A stretch of DNA of 64,000 nt, taken from assembly GCA_041743795.1 (NCBI GenBank), contig JBGTMF010000623.1, positions 11,851 through 75,850 on the forward strand, read 5' to 3'. Source of the stretch: Thermodesulfobacteriota bacterium. Lineage in GTDB: Bacteria; Desulfobacterota; Binatia; HRBIN30; CADEER01. Numbering within the stretch: the first letter of the stretch is position 1; every line of letters begins with the position of its first letter. The notes beneath the pieces were generated by a model. It did no database searches. It was not told where the DNA came from and saw only the letters and a list, made by a program, of their open reading frames with translations. A program made the position numbers and the translations under genes. Positions 46,037 through 54,327 of the stretch are shown in pieces.

Positions 46037-48775
46037 ATGGTGGGAGTTCGCGTCCGACCTGCGATTCGCCTCGCCGCTCTCGTCGCGGCGTTCGTTTCGA
46101 TGTCGGCGGGAAATGCGGTGAGCGGGCCGGTGCCGTCGTGCACATTCTATGTCCGCGCTGGTTTTGTCCCCGCTGGCGGAATGGTTGCGGACGGCGCGGC
46201 GCCGCGAACCGCCTTCCCGACGATCGGAGATGCGGCGCAAGCGCTGCGCAATTGGGGCGACGTCGTCTGTGTCGGCCCAGGCGTCTACGTCGAAAGGGAC
46301 ATCACGCCGCGGCGCTCCGGCATCGCGAGCCAGCCGATCGTCTTTCGCGCGGATCCGAGCGGGCAGAGCACGCAAGATCCCCCTGGACCGGTGCGCCTGG
46401 TATCGCCCCCACCCGGTGGCGTCTCGCTCCCGGCGGGCTTTCGCGTGCTCGGGCAGAGCCACCTCGTGATCGAGGGTTTCACCATGGAGGGGTACGAAGA
46501 TCCGGCGATTCAGGTCCGCTCGGCCGTGGGCACCCCCGGTAACAGCACCGACGTCACGATCCGCAACAACAGAATTCGACAGGTCGTTCGCACCGGTATC
46601 GACGTCACCGCGGAGGGCGTCATCGTCATTGAGGGCAACCACGTAATCGGCGCCGGTGGCAGTGGAATTTCCGTGCAGAGCTGCGTCGGCGCTCTGCCGT
46701 TCGGTGATCCGAACGCATCGCCGGTTTGCCGCGGTGGGCCGAGTGATGAGGTGCAGCCGATCATCGACAGCAACCGCGTCGGCATCAACTACGGCCACGG
46801 CATTTTCGTGCGCGACGCAAGTTTCGGAGTAATTCAGAACAACGTCGTTTACAGCAATGAGTTCACCGGGATCACGTTGCGCAACGCTCCCGATTTCACC
46901 GTTGTCAACAACCTCGTCTACGACAACCTCGACCAAGGTCTAGCCGCCGGCACGAACGATCTGCCGTCGCCGCGCCTGAAGGTAGTCAACAACACATTCT
47001 ACCGCAATTTCGACTGGGGCATTCTCATCGGAAGTGGAAATGTTGCGTCCGAAGGGGCCATGGTCGTCAACAATATCTTGATGCTCAACAGTAACGGCGC
47101 AAAAGGGATTGGCGTGCCCAATGAGTCCGGCTCGGACCCGCGCTCGACCTGCGGTTACGTCGCAGGCTTCAACGTTACGGCGGACGCCTACGGACTCGAT
47201 ACTCCTTTCAATGTGTACGATTTCGCCGGCGACCCGCAGTTCGCCGGCGCAGTCGAGGGGGCGGACGGTGTGCTGGGGGGCTATCGCGACGGCAGTGAGA
47301 TCGTCGACGGATCGGCCGACGACAGCTTCACCCTGCGACAGCCGGGTGCACCGCCGGTGAGCCGCGCCGTCGACGCCGGGTATGCCGCGGTTGAAGACGT
47401 CGGGATCTTCGGCTCGACAGCTCCTGACGGCCGGCCCGATACGGGCATACTCGACGCCGGCTACCACTACGGGGTCGAACCCGGCATGGTCCCCGTATTC
47501 CCGACTCCTTTCATGCCGGTGTTCGTCCGACTCGGCGGCAACAATTCCAGCAACGGCAAGTCCCCCAACGTGGCGATTGCCAGCATCAAGGTCGCCGCAT
47601 TGCGGGCCCGCGCTGGGGTGACGATTGTCGTCGGGCCAGGCGTCTACCGCGAGTGCCAGATCAAACCGCCGCCGGACATGGGACGCGCAATTTTCCAGGC
47701 GGACCCCGAGGGGGTGCTGACCGGTGACTCGCCGGGCCATGTGGTCGTTGACGCCGGTTGCTGCGAGATCAATCCCGTTGGGAACCACTGCCGCCCGGGG
47801 GATGACGGCTTCAACATTCCCAATTCCTGTAACGTCGTCGTCGACGGCTTCTATGTCCGCGGTGCGCACGAGAGCGGCATCATGATCCAGACCGGATCGC
47901 ACGGTGCCGAGGTCCGCAACAATGTGACCTTCTCCAGCGACAGGCGCGGCATCGGCGTCATCGACGCGCATGACGTGCGCATCTTCAACAATCTCGTTTA
48001 CGACAACCTCGGTGGCGGTATCCAAGTCGGCGGCGGTGTCTGCAGGGCTGGCGCCGATTGTTCGCTACTCGGATCGCGTCGTGTGCTGATCGAGAACAAC
48101 ACTTGCTACGCCAATGGAGTCAATGGAATCCTGATTGGCTCCGGTCCCGGCCACTCGACCTATGCCACCGTCCGCTACAACATCATGCACGTTGGAATGG
48201 GGGAGGGACTTCCTCCCGGCCGCAACGGTATTCAACTCGGCAGCAACACCACTCTGCAGAATCACCTCGAAGGCTATACTGCATACTTCAACATCAATTT
48301 CGAAGGGCGCTACGGCGGATCGACACCGCGACCGCCGAGCGACCGCGAGGACGATCCGCTGTTCGTGCTTCCCGCCGGTCCCGACGGCATTCTCGGCGGC
48401 AGCGGTTTCGCCGACGACCGCTTTCAGCTGTCCCAACGAGCCGCCGGGCAATTGGTCGATAGCCCTGGGGTCGACGTCGGTGACATCACCGCCGAGGCTT
48501 TACTCCTCGACACACGAACGACGCGTACCGACCTGGTAACAGATCACGGCCAGCTGGATCTCGGTTTCCACTACCCGCTGTACGTCCCGCGCGTGGTCGG
48601 CGACTGCAACGACGACGGCATCGTCACCGTCAGCGAATTGGTGCGCGCGGTGAGCATCGCCCTCGGGCGGATCCCGCTGGAGCGGTGCCCCAACGTGGAT
48701 GCGAACGGCGATGGCTCGGTCAGCATCGCCGAGCTTACCCTGGCCGTACGCAGCGCCCTCTTCAGCTTTCGCTAG
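46037..48775 (+). CDS. Secreted right-handed parallel beta-helix repeat protein with C-terminal dockerin-like module
   Basis: Signal peptide (MVGVRVRPAIRLAALVAAFVSMSAGNA). Many PbH1-type repeats (NNxIxxNxxxGIxL/V: IRNNRIRQV, VIQNNVVYSNEFTGITL, VVNNLVYDNLDQGL, FNNLVYDNLGGGIQV, IENNTCYANGVNGILI). C-terminal duplicated DxNxDGxVxxxE loops (GDCNDDGIVTVSELV / DANGDGSVSIAELT). Confidence 0.7.
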   Translation: MVGVRVRPAIRLAALVAAFVSMSAGNAVSGPVPSCTFYVRAGFVPAGGMVADGAAPRTAFPTIGDAAQALRNWGDVVCVGPGVYVERDITPRRSGIASQPIVFRADPSGQSTQDPPGPVRLVSPPPGGVSLPAGFRVLGQSHLVIEGFTMEGYEDPAIQVRSAVGTPGNSTDVTIRNNRIRQVVRTGIDVTAEGVIVIEGNHVIGAGGSGISVQSCVGALPFGDPNASPVCRGGPSDEVQPIIDSNRVGINYGHGIFVRDASFGVIQNNVVYSNEFTGITLRNAPDFTVVNNLVYDNLDQGLAAGTNDLPSPRLKVVNNTFYRNFDWGILIGSGNVASEGAMVVNNILMLNSNGAKGIGVPNESGSDPRSTCGYVAGFNVTADAYGLDTPFNVYDFAGDPQFAGAVEGADGVLGGYRDGSEIVDGSADDSFTLRQPGAPPVSRAVDAGYAAVEDVGIFGSTAPDGRPDTGILDAGYHYGVEPGMVPVFPTPFMPVFVRLGGNNSSNGKSPNVAIASIKVAALRARAGVTIVVGPGVYRECQIKPPPDMGRAIFQADPEGVLTGDSPGHVVVDAGCCEINPVGNHCRPGDDGFNIPNSCNVVVDGFYVRGAHESGIMIQTGSHGAEVRNNVTFSSDRRGIGVIDAHDVRIFNNLVYDNLGGGIQVGGGVCRAGADCSLLGSRRVLIENNTCYANGVNGILIGSGPGHSTYATVRYNIMHVGMGEGLPPGRNGIQLGSNTTLQNHLEGYTAYFNINFEGRYGGSTPRPPSDREDDPLFVLPAGPDGILGGSGFADDRFQLSQRAAGQLVDSPGVDVGDITAEALLLDTRTTRTDLVTDHGQLDLGFHYPLYVPRVVGDCNDDGIVTVSELVRAVSIALGRIPLERCPNVDANGDGSVSIAELTLAVRSALFSFR

Positions 48776-48939
48776 ACCGTCCGGCGATCGCGAGTCGGCC
48801 CGTCGCACACCTGCGTCACCGCGTCTTGCAAGTCGCCGTTCGAAGCCCGAGACTGCGGCGCATGGCCGGAAGTCGCGAAGTCGATCACTCCCATCGCGAG
48901 TCTCGCGCGCAGCGCGCACATCAGCCAAAACGGTAGGTC

Positions 48940-51057
48940 GTGCTGGCTGACTCTCTGGTAAATCGCCGCGACGCGCACGCACCGGTGACGCGGTGGAGTC
49001 GCCTGCTGCTGTTGGGGTCGTTGGTCGGGATCGGCGGTGGCCTCGCCGCGGTGGCGCTCGAGTGGGGCCTCGTCACCGGCAGTGAACTGCTGCTGAATGG
49101 GATCATCGGCGCGCGCGTCGATCCCGGCGGGTTGGCGTTGTTGGTATTCGATTGGCGCATCGTGTTGTTGCCGGCCGCCGGTGGCCTGATGTCCGGATTG
49201 GTGGTGCAACTGTTGTTTCGCCAATCGACCGGTCATGGCACGGACCTGCTGACACGCGCCTTCCACACTGGGCTTGGCGTCCTGCCGTTGAAGGGGCCGC
49301 TGGTGAAGAGCGTCGCGGCGGTAGGTGTCATTTCCTGCGGCGGATCGGCGGGACCAGAGGGCCCGATCGCCGCGTTGGGCGCGGCGATCGGGTCGTCGAC
49401 GGCGCGCCTCTTCGGCCTCAGTCCGCGCGAGCGGCGGATATTGTTGATCGCCGGATGCGCCGCCGGCGTCGGCGCGATTTTCGGCTGTCCGCTGGGCGGC
49501 GCTCTCTTCGCGACCAGCCTGCCGTATCGCGAACCCGAGTTCGAATCGGATGCGATGGTGCCTGCCTTCTTCGCTTCGGTATTCGGCTACTCGACGTTCC
49601 TCTACCTGTTGCCTCCCGAGGAGACCAGCCGGCTCCTCGGCGATGTGCGAAACCTCGGATTCTCCCACCCGTTGGAGCTCGTGCCCTACCTGTTGTTGGG
49701 GCCCCTTTGTGGCTTCTTCAGCATCTTCTTCGCTTCGACCTTGCATTCCTCCGAGCGCAACTTCTCCAAGCTCACGCCGCTCCCGACGTGGCTGCGACCG
49801 GCGTTAGGCGGCTTGGCCACCGGCTTGATCGCCTGTGTCGTGCCCCAGGTCATGGATGGAACCTATTCGTTGACGCGCACCACGATGGACCTCGATATCC
49901 ACGATTTCAGTTCGGGAGCATTCGGCGTGTGGCGCCTGCCGTTGTTCTTCGCCGTGGTCGTGGTCGCAAAGTGCCTGGCGACTTCGCTGACGGTCGGCAG
50001 TGGCGCATCCGGTGGTGTGCTTGGACCGAGCGTCTTCGTCGGCGGCGTAGTCGGGGCTCTTCTCGGTTCCGTTTTGCAGGCCCTCGGCGTTGGCGAGTTC
50101 GACGCGTCGCTTCGCCAGGCTCTGATTCCCGTCGGTATGGCGGGTGTTCTTGCCGGCAGCATGCGCACGCCGCTGGCTGCGATCGTCATGGTGACCGAGA
50201 TGACCGGCAGCTACGGGCTGATCGTCCCACTGATGCTGGTATGTATGAGCTCCTATGTCATTGGCCGGCGGCACGGGCTCAATCGCGAGCAGCTGCGCGG
50301 ATCGGCTGATTCACCGGCGCACGCCGCCGACGGACTGATCCACATCCTGGAGTCGTGGCGAGTCGGCGACCTGATGGAGGACAGTCCCCTGTCGGTAGCG
50401 CCGAGTACCTCGCTGGGCGAGATGCTGCGGATGGTGAAACCGGCAACCCGGCCGGTGTTCGCGGTGATTGATGGCGATCGCCTTCTCGGCGTCGTGTCGT
50501 TGCCGGACATCGAAAAGGTCGTCAGCGAATCGGATTCGACGTTCTTGGCTACCGTCATCGCCGCGGACATCATGACGACGCAGGTGACGACGGTCGTACC
50601 CGAGGACGACGTGTACGAGGTGCTCAATCGCTTTCGCGCCAGTCGCCACGATGTGCTGCCGGTCATCTCGGCTCAGTCACCGGCGAAGTGGTTGGGCATG
50701 TTGTCGCGCCGGGCGATATTCGACGCGCTGCGCGAGCGCACCGAGGAGATCCACCGAATGGTCCTCGTGGAACATTCGGGGCTGCAGACGATCGATCAGG
50801 AAGGGCGCGTATCCGAGCTGGCGATGACCGTATCGCCGGGGAATCGGGAACTCATCCAGCGCCGGATGGTACCGACCGATGCGCTGGGGAAATCTCTACG
50901 CGAGGCTGATTTTCGCCGCGTCTACGGGGTCATCGTCCTCGGCGTCGAGTTGCCCGATGGCTCATTGCAGTTTCCCCCGGATCTCGACATGCCGCTGGAG
51001 GCCGAGCACCGCCTCATCGCGACCGTCCAGGAGTCGCTGGCCAAGTTGCGTGCGTGA
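48940..51057 (+). CDS. ClC-family chloride channel/transporter with C-terminal CBS pair
   Basis: GSGASGGVLGPS, GCPLGGALFA and GMAGVLAGSMRTPL selectivity-filter motifs. C-terminal ~200 aa hold two CBS motifs. Confidence 0.85.
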   Translation: MLADSLVNRRDAHAPVTRWSRLLLLGSLVGIGGGLAAVALEWGLVTGSELLLNGIIGARVDPGGLALLVFDWRIVLLPAAGGLMSGLVVQLLFRQSTGHGTDLLTRAFHTGLGVLPLKGPLVKSVAAVGVISCGGSAGPEGPIAALGAAIGSSTARLFGLSPRERRILLIAGCAAGVGAIFGCPLGGALFATSLPYREPEFESDAMVPAFFASVFGYSTFLYLLPPEETSRLLGDVRNLGFSHPLELVPYLLLGPLCGFFSIFFASTLHSSERNFSKLTPLPTWLRPALGGLATGLIACVVPQVMDGTYSLTRTTMDLDIHDFSSGAFGVWRLPLFFAVVVVAKCLATSLTVGSGASGGVLGPSVFVGGVVGALLGSVLQALGVGEFDASLRQALIPVGMAGVLAGSMRTPLAAIVMVTEMTGSYGLIVPLMLVCMSSYVIGRRHGLNREQLRGSADSPAHAADGLIHILESWRVGDLMEDSPLSVAPSTSLGEMLRMVKPATRPVFAVIDGDRLLGVVSLPDIEKVVSESDSTFLATVIAADIMTTQVTTVVPEDDVYEVLNRFRASRHDVLPVISAQSPAKWLGMLSRRAIFDALRERTEEIHRMVLVEHSGLQTIDQEGRVSELAMTVSPGNRELIQRRMVPTDALGKSLREADFRRVYGVIVLGVELPDGSLQFPPDLDMPLEAEHRLIATVQESLAKLRA

Positions 51058-51187
51058 TCGGCCGGTCGGAATCGCGCTTCGCCGTCGCGTGCGTCGACTC
51101 GGCCGGCGTTAGTCCCGGATATTGCTTCCCACGGACGATCGGGCTTGGTATGGCGGGACACCGATCTCCGACGAGAGGAAACGCGCG

Positions 51188-52597
51188 ATGACCTTCGACC
51201 CGTTCACTCCGGCTCACGAATTAGCTGACAGAATCAACCAGCGGATGCTTTCGCCAGTCGAGGTGATGGAGGCGTATCTGGGGCGCATCGAGCGCCACAA
51301 CCCGGAGTTGAACGCGCTGGTGACGTTGCACGCGGATCGCGCCTTGGACGAAGCGAGGGCAATGGAAGTTCGTCTCGGCAAGGGCGATAAAATCGGCCCG
51401 CTGGCCGGGCTACCCTTTGCGGTGAAAGACCTGGAGGACGTCGCCGGTATGCGGACGACGCACGGCTCGCCGCTGTACCGGGACCATATCGCCGAGCGGG
51501 ACTCGATCAACGTCGCGCGGATGCGCGCCGCCGGGGCGATTCCCGTCGGCAAATCGAACACGCCGGAGTTCGGCGCGTATATGCAGACGTCGAACCAGGT
51601 CTTCGGCGTCACGCGTAATCCCTGGAATCTCGATCGCACGCCCGGTGGTTCCAGCGGTGGATCGGCCTCTGCATTGGTGGCGGGCCTGGTCCCTCTAGTG
51701 ACCGCGTCCGACGGCGGCGGGTCGATTCGGATTCCCGCCTGCTTCACCGGATGTGTCGGCCTCAAGCCGACGTTTCGCCGCGTGCCGCAGCGGCCCGACC
51801 CGATACTCGTCTTCGACGACACCGCCGTCTGGGGGCCGTTGACCCTGACGGTACGCGACGCTGCGCGCTTGGCCGATTGTACGTTCGGCGCGCACGAAGC
51901 CGATCCTACTGCGGTCCCGCGGCCAGACGAGTCCTATGAGGAAACCCTGGATAGACCGCTCGGGACACTGCGCATCGGCTACTGCGCGAGTTTCGGAACA
52001 CGCGTCCAGTCCGACGTCGCCAGAGAGGTCGATGCGGCGGTACGAGCGCTGGCCGCGCTCGGCCACCAGGTGGAGATTCACGCGGAGGCGATCCCGTTTG
52101 CCGGCAAAGCCTGGAGCATCATTTCGGTCACCTCGGTATATTTGCGCCAGCACAAGTCACTCGACGAAGAGCCGGAGAAGATCGATCCGATGATGCGGCA
52201 CGGTATGGAGCGGGTGCGCAGCCGCGGCGCCGACGATCTCGCCTATGCCTACCGCCGGCGCACGGAGTTGGGACAGTGGACCGAGGCGGCCTTCGAGAAA
52301 TACGATTTGCTGGCTCTGCCGACGTTGCCCCTCGAGGCATTTCCCGTCGAGCAGCTGCATCCAAGCACGATCGAGGGGGAGCGGGTGCGCACCCACGACG
52401 CGTTCCCGTTCACCTATCCGTTCAACCTCACCGGACACCCGGCGATTTCTCTGCCGGCCGGCATGACCGATAGCGGCTTACCTGTCGGCGTGCAGTTGGT
52501 AGCGCCCCGTTTTCGCGAGGACCTCTTGCTGCGAGTCGCGCGGCGCTTTGAAGAGGCGCGGCCATGGCAGAAGACCCCGGCATCCTACCGCGATTGA
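51188..52597 (+). CDS. Amidase-signature family amidase
   Basis: GLPFAVKDL, GGSSGGSASALVAG...DGGGSIRIPA (Ser-cisSer-Lys triad region). Confidence 0.85.
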   Translation: MTFDPFTPAHELADRINQRMLSPVEVMEAYLGRIERHNPELNALVTLHADRALDEARAMEVRLGKGDKIGPLAGLPFAVKDLEDVAGMRTTHGSPLYRDHIAERDSINVARMRAAGAIPVGKSNTPEFGAYMQTSNQVFGVTRNPWNLDRTPGGSSGGSASALVAGLVPLVTASDGGGSIRIPACFTGCVGLKPTFRRVPQRPDPILVFDDTAVWGPLTLTVRDAARLADCTFGAHEADPTAVPRPDESYEETLDRPLGTLRIGYCASFGTRVQSDVAREVDAAVRALAALGHQVEIHAEAIPFAGKAWSIISVTSVYLRQHKSLDEEPEKIDPMMRHGMERVRSRGADDLAYAYRRRTELGQWTEAAFEKYDLLALPTLPLEAFPVEQLHPSTIEGERVRTHDAFPFTYPFNLTGHPAISLPAGMTDSGLPVGVQLVAPRFREDLLLRVARRFEEARPWQKTPASYRD

Positions 52598-52691
52598 GCG
52601 AGTTTCGATTGGAACTTACCCGTTGCCACGCGGCTCCGTTTTGGTGGAGACGCGCCGGCTGACTCTTGCGCTGGCATCGTGTGGAAATGAG

Positions 52692-53495
52692 GTGCGCGTG
52701 GACGACCTTCGCTTGATCCGGGGAGCTTTGCGTGGACGAAGCGCGGATTTCGCCGTGCTCGTCGACCGCCATCAGGAAGCGATCTACGGATTCGTCCTGC
52801 AGCAACTGGGCGATCGGCATGCCGCCGCCGAACTCACCCAGGTGGTGTTTGTCCGCGCCTACACGGGGCTGCGAGGGTACCGCGGCGACGTTTCTTTGCC
52901 GACGTGGTTGCAGCAGATCGCCGGCAGCGAATGCCGGTCTCGGCAGTTGATCGACCGGCGGCGCCACACGATGCCACTCGACGATGTCGCCGAAGCGGCC
53001 GAGGCGGGTGAGGGGCCAGAGTCCGCCGGCGCGGTCGACTCCACGGGATTGCGGCAGGTCCAGTCAATTCTCACCTGCGGAGAGGCATTGGTGCCGCCTG
53101 CATGGTCCGACCAGCTCAGCCGGATCATGGCTTTGGTCGACGAGGTCGCGGTGGCGGAGAAGGCGAGGACGGCGGGGTTCGATGCGCGAATTTTTCTCCC
53201 GTTGGTCGCCGCGGCGGTAATCTCCGTTGCCGGTATCGTCAGCCTCCAGTCGGGCAACGAGAGTTCATCGCATACGCGACCGGCCCTCGCCGCCCTGCGC
53301 ATCACGATGCAGGACCCGCGGGCAATCGCCCAGCTGTCCGATGTCCTCGGTGAACCGGTGCTGTTTTCGGAGCCGCTCTGGGCGGCGAGCGAGATGGACG
53401 TCGTGGAACTCGGACCGTGGTCGGAACCGGACATGGAGGAGATGGCGATGCCTCACCGGGAACTGGATGAAGGTGAAGCAGTGGCGGTAGAGTGA
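52692..53495 (+). CDS. ECF-like sigma-70 region-2 protein with C-terminal TM segment (possible sigma/anti-sigma fusion)
   Basis: Region 2 pattern LIRGALRGRSADFAVLVDRHQEAIYGFVLQQLGDRHAAAELTQVVFVRAYTGLRGYRGDVSLPTWL. No clear region 4. Hydrophobic helix IFLPLVAAAVISVAGIV and an acidic C-terminus. GTG start is inferred because the listed ORF overlaps the amidase. Confidence 0.4.
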   Translation: MRVDDLRLIRGALRGRSADFAVLVDRHQEAIYGFVLQQLGDRHAAAELTQVVFVRAYTGLRGYRGDVSLPTWLQQIAGSECRSRQLIDRRRHTMPLDDVAEAAEAGEGPESAGAVDSTGLRQVQSILTCGEALVPPAWSDQLSRIMALVDEVAVAEKARTAGFDARIFLPLVAAAVISVAGIVSLQSGNESSSHTRPALAALRITMQDPRAIAQLSDVLGEPVLFSEPLWAASEMDVVELGPWSEPDMEEMAMPHRELDEGEAVAVE

Positions 53496-53536
53496 AGCCC
53501 TGGCGTTGCTGCAGATGATTGAATCAGGAGGTTGAG

Positions 53537-54058
53537 ATGAAGAAGATTTCCAAATTCTCGGGTGTCGTGGCCTTGGCCGTCCTCGTCGCCGGCAGTGCCG
53601 CGGCGGAGGGTGACGAGGAGGGGCAGCGCGGCGGGCGGGCGCGAACCTTTCTCGTCCTTCGCATCGCCGAAGCTCTCGAACTGAGCGAGGACAAGGCCCT
53701 GCGGATCAGCAAGATCCTCAGCGCCGCAGAGGACCGCCGCGCGGCCATCCGCAGTGAGCGCGCCGCGCTGGCTCCCGGACTGAAGCAGGCCATCACGGCG
53801 GCAGATGAGACGGCGCTGGCCGACCTCGTTGCCAAGGCACGCGAATTGGACCGCCAACAGGTGATGGTCGTCAACGACAGTTTCGACGAGGTCGACCAGG
53901 TACTGACCGTGATCGAGCGGGGAAAGCTCGCGCTGCTGATGCCGGAGATCCGAAGCCAGTTGGGGCGCGGTGGACGTCGCGGGCCTGGGGCGCCGCGGCG
54001 CGATCCGGGACGGCGAATGCAGGTACCCAACCCAGACGCAGGCGAGCGAAAGAACTGA
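53537..54058 (+). CDS. Periplasmic Spy/CpxP-like (LTxxQ-type) helical protein
   Basis: Signal peptide MKKISKFSGVVALAVLVAGSAAAEG, an Ala/Arg/Glu-rich helical body, and an LTxxQ-like LTVIERGKL segment. Follows an ECF-like sigma gene. Confidence 0.4.
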   Translation: MKKISKFSGVVALAVLVAGSAAAEGDEEGQRGGRARTFLVLRIAEALELSEDKALRISKILSAAEDRRAAIRSERAALAPGLKQAITAADETALADLVAKARELDRQQVMVVNDSFDEVDQVLTVIERGKLALLMPEIRSQLGRGGRRGPGAPRRDPGRRMQVPNPDAGERKN

Positions 54059-54114
54059 CCGCGAAGAGAGGGGAACCTCCCTCATAGAGACTGTCGATTT
54101 TCTCCGAAACGAGG

Positions 54115-54189
54115 CTTCGACAAGCTCAGCTGAGCGGCTGGAGGGTTGTTTTCAAAGGACTTTCTCCGCTCACCCTGAGCTTGTCGAAG
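54115..54189. terminator. Long imperfect hairpin in a convergent intergenic region
   Basis: cttcgacaagctcag-c-tgagcgg ...loop... ccgctca-ccctgagcttgtcgaag (~22 paired bp) in a lower-GC 270-bp gap between the ends of a plus-strand gene and the minus-strand VWA gene. Only weak T-tracts. Confidence 0.3.
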
Positions 54190-54327
54190 GGTGTTTCCAC
54201 ATTTATCGACAGTCTTCACATAGGCATAGGGATCACCTGGAAAGCTGTCGGTGGCGCGGATTATCAGCTGAACGTCGCCGAGAATGGGATGAATCGACTT
54301 CGCGGATTCACCGGCATCCCGTTCTCT

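Noticed and set aside
46007-48025. 309-aa and 361-aa minus-strand ORFs inside the beta-helix gene
   Set aside because: Antisense to a gene with a signal peptide and periodic PbH1 repeats. No independent support.
48776-48939. Fluoride (crcB-type) riboswitch upstream of the ClC gene
   Set aside because: This ClC is a 705-aa CBS-containing channel, not a ~400-aa ClC-F. No crcB-motif consensus was found in the leader.
48772-49746. 324-aa minus-strand ORF overlapping the start of the ClC gene
   Set aside because: Arg/Gln/Asp-rich, antisense to ClC selectivity-filter motifs.
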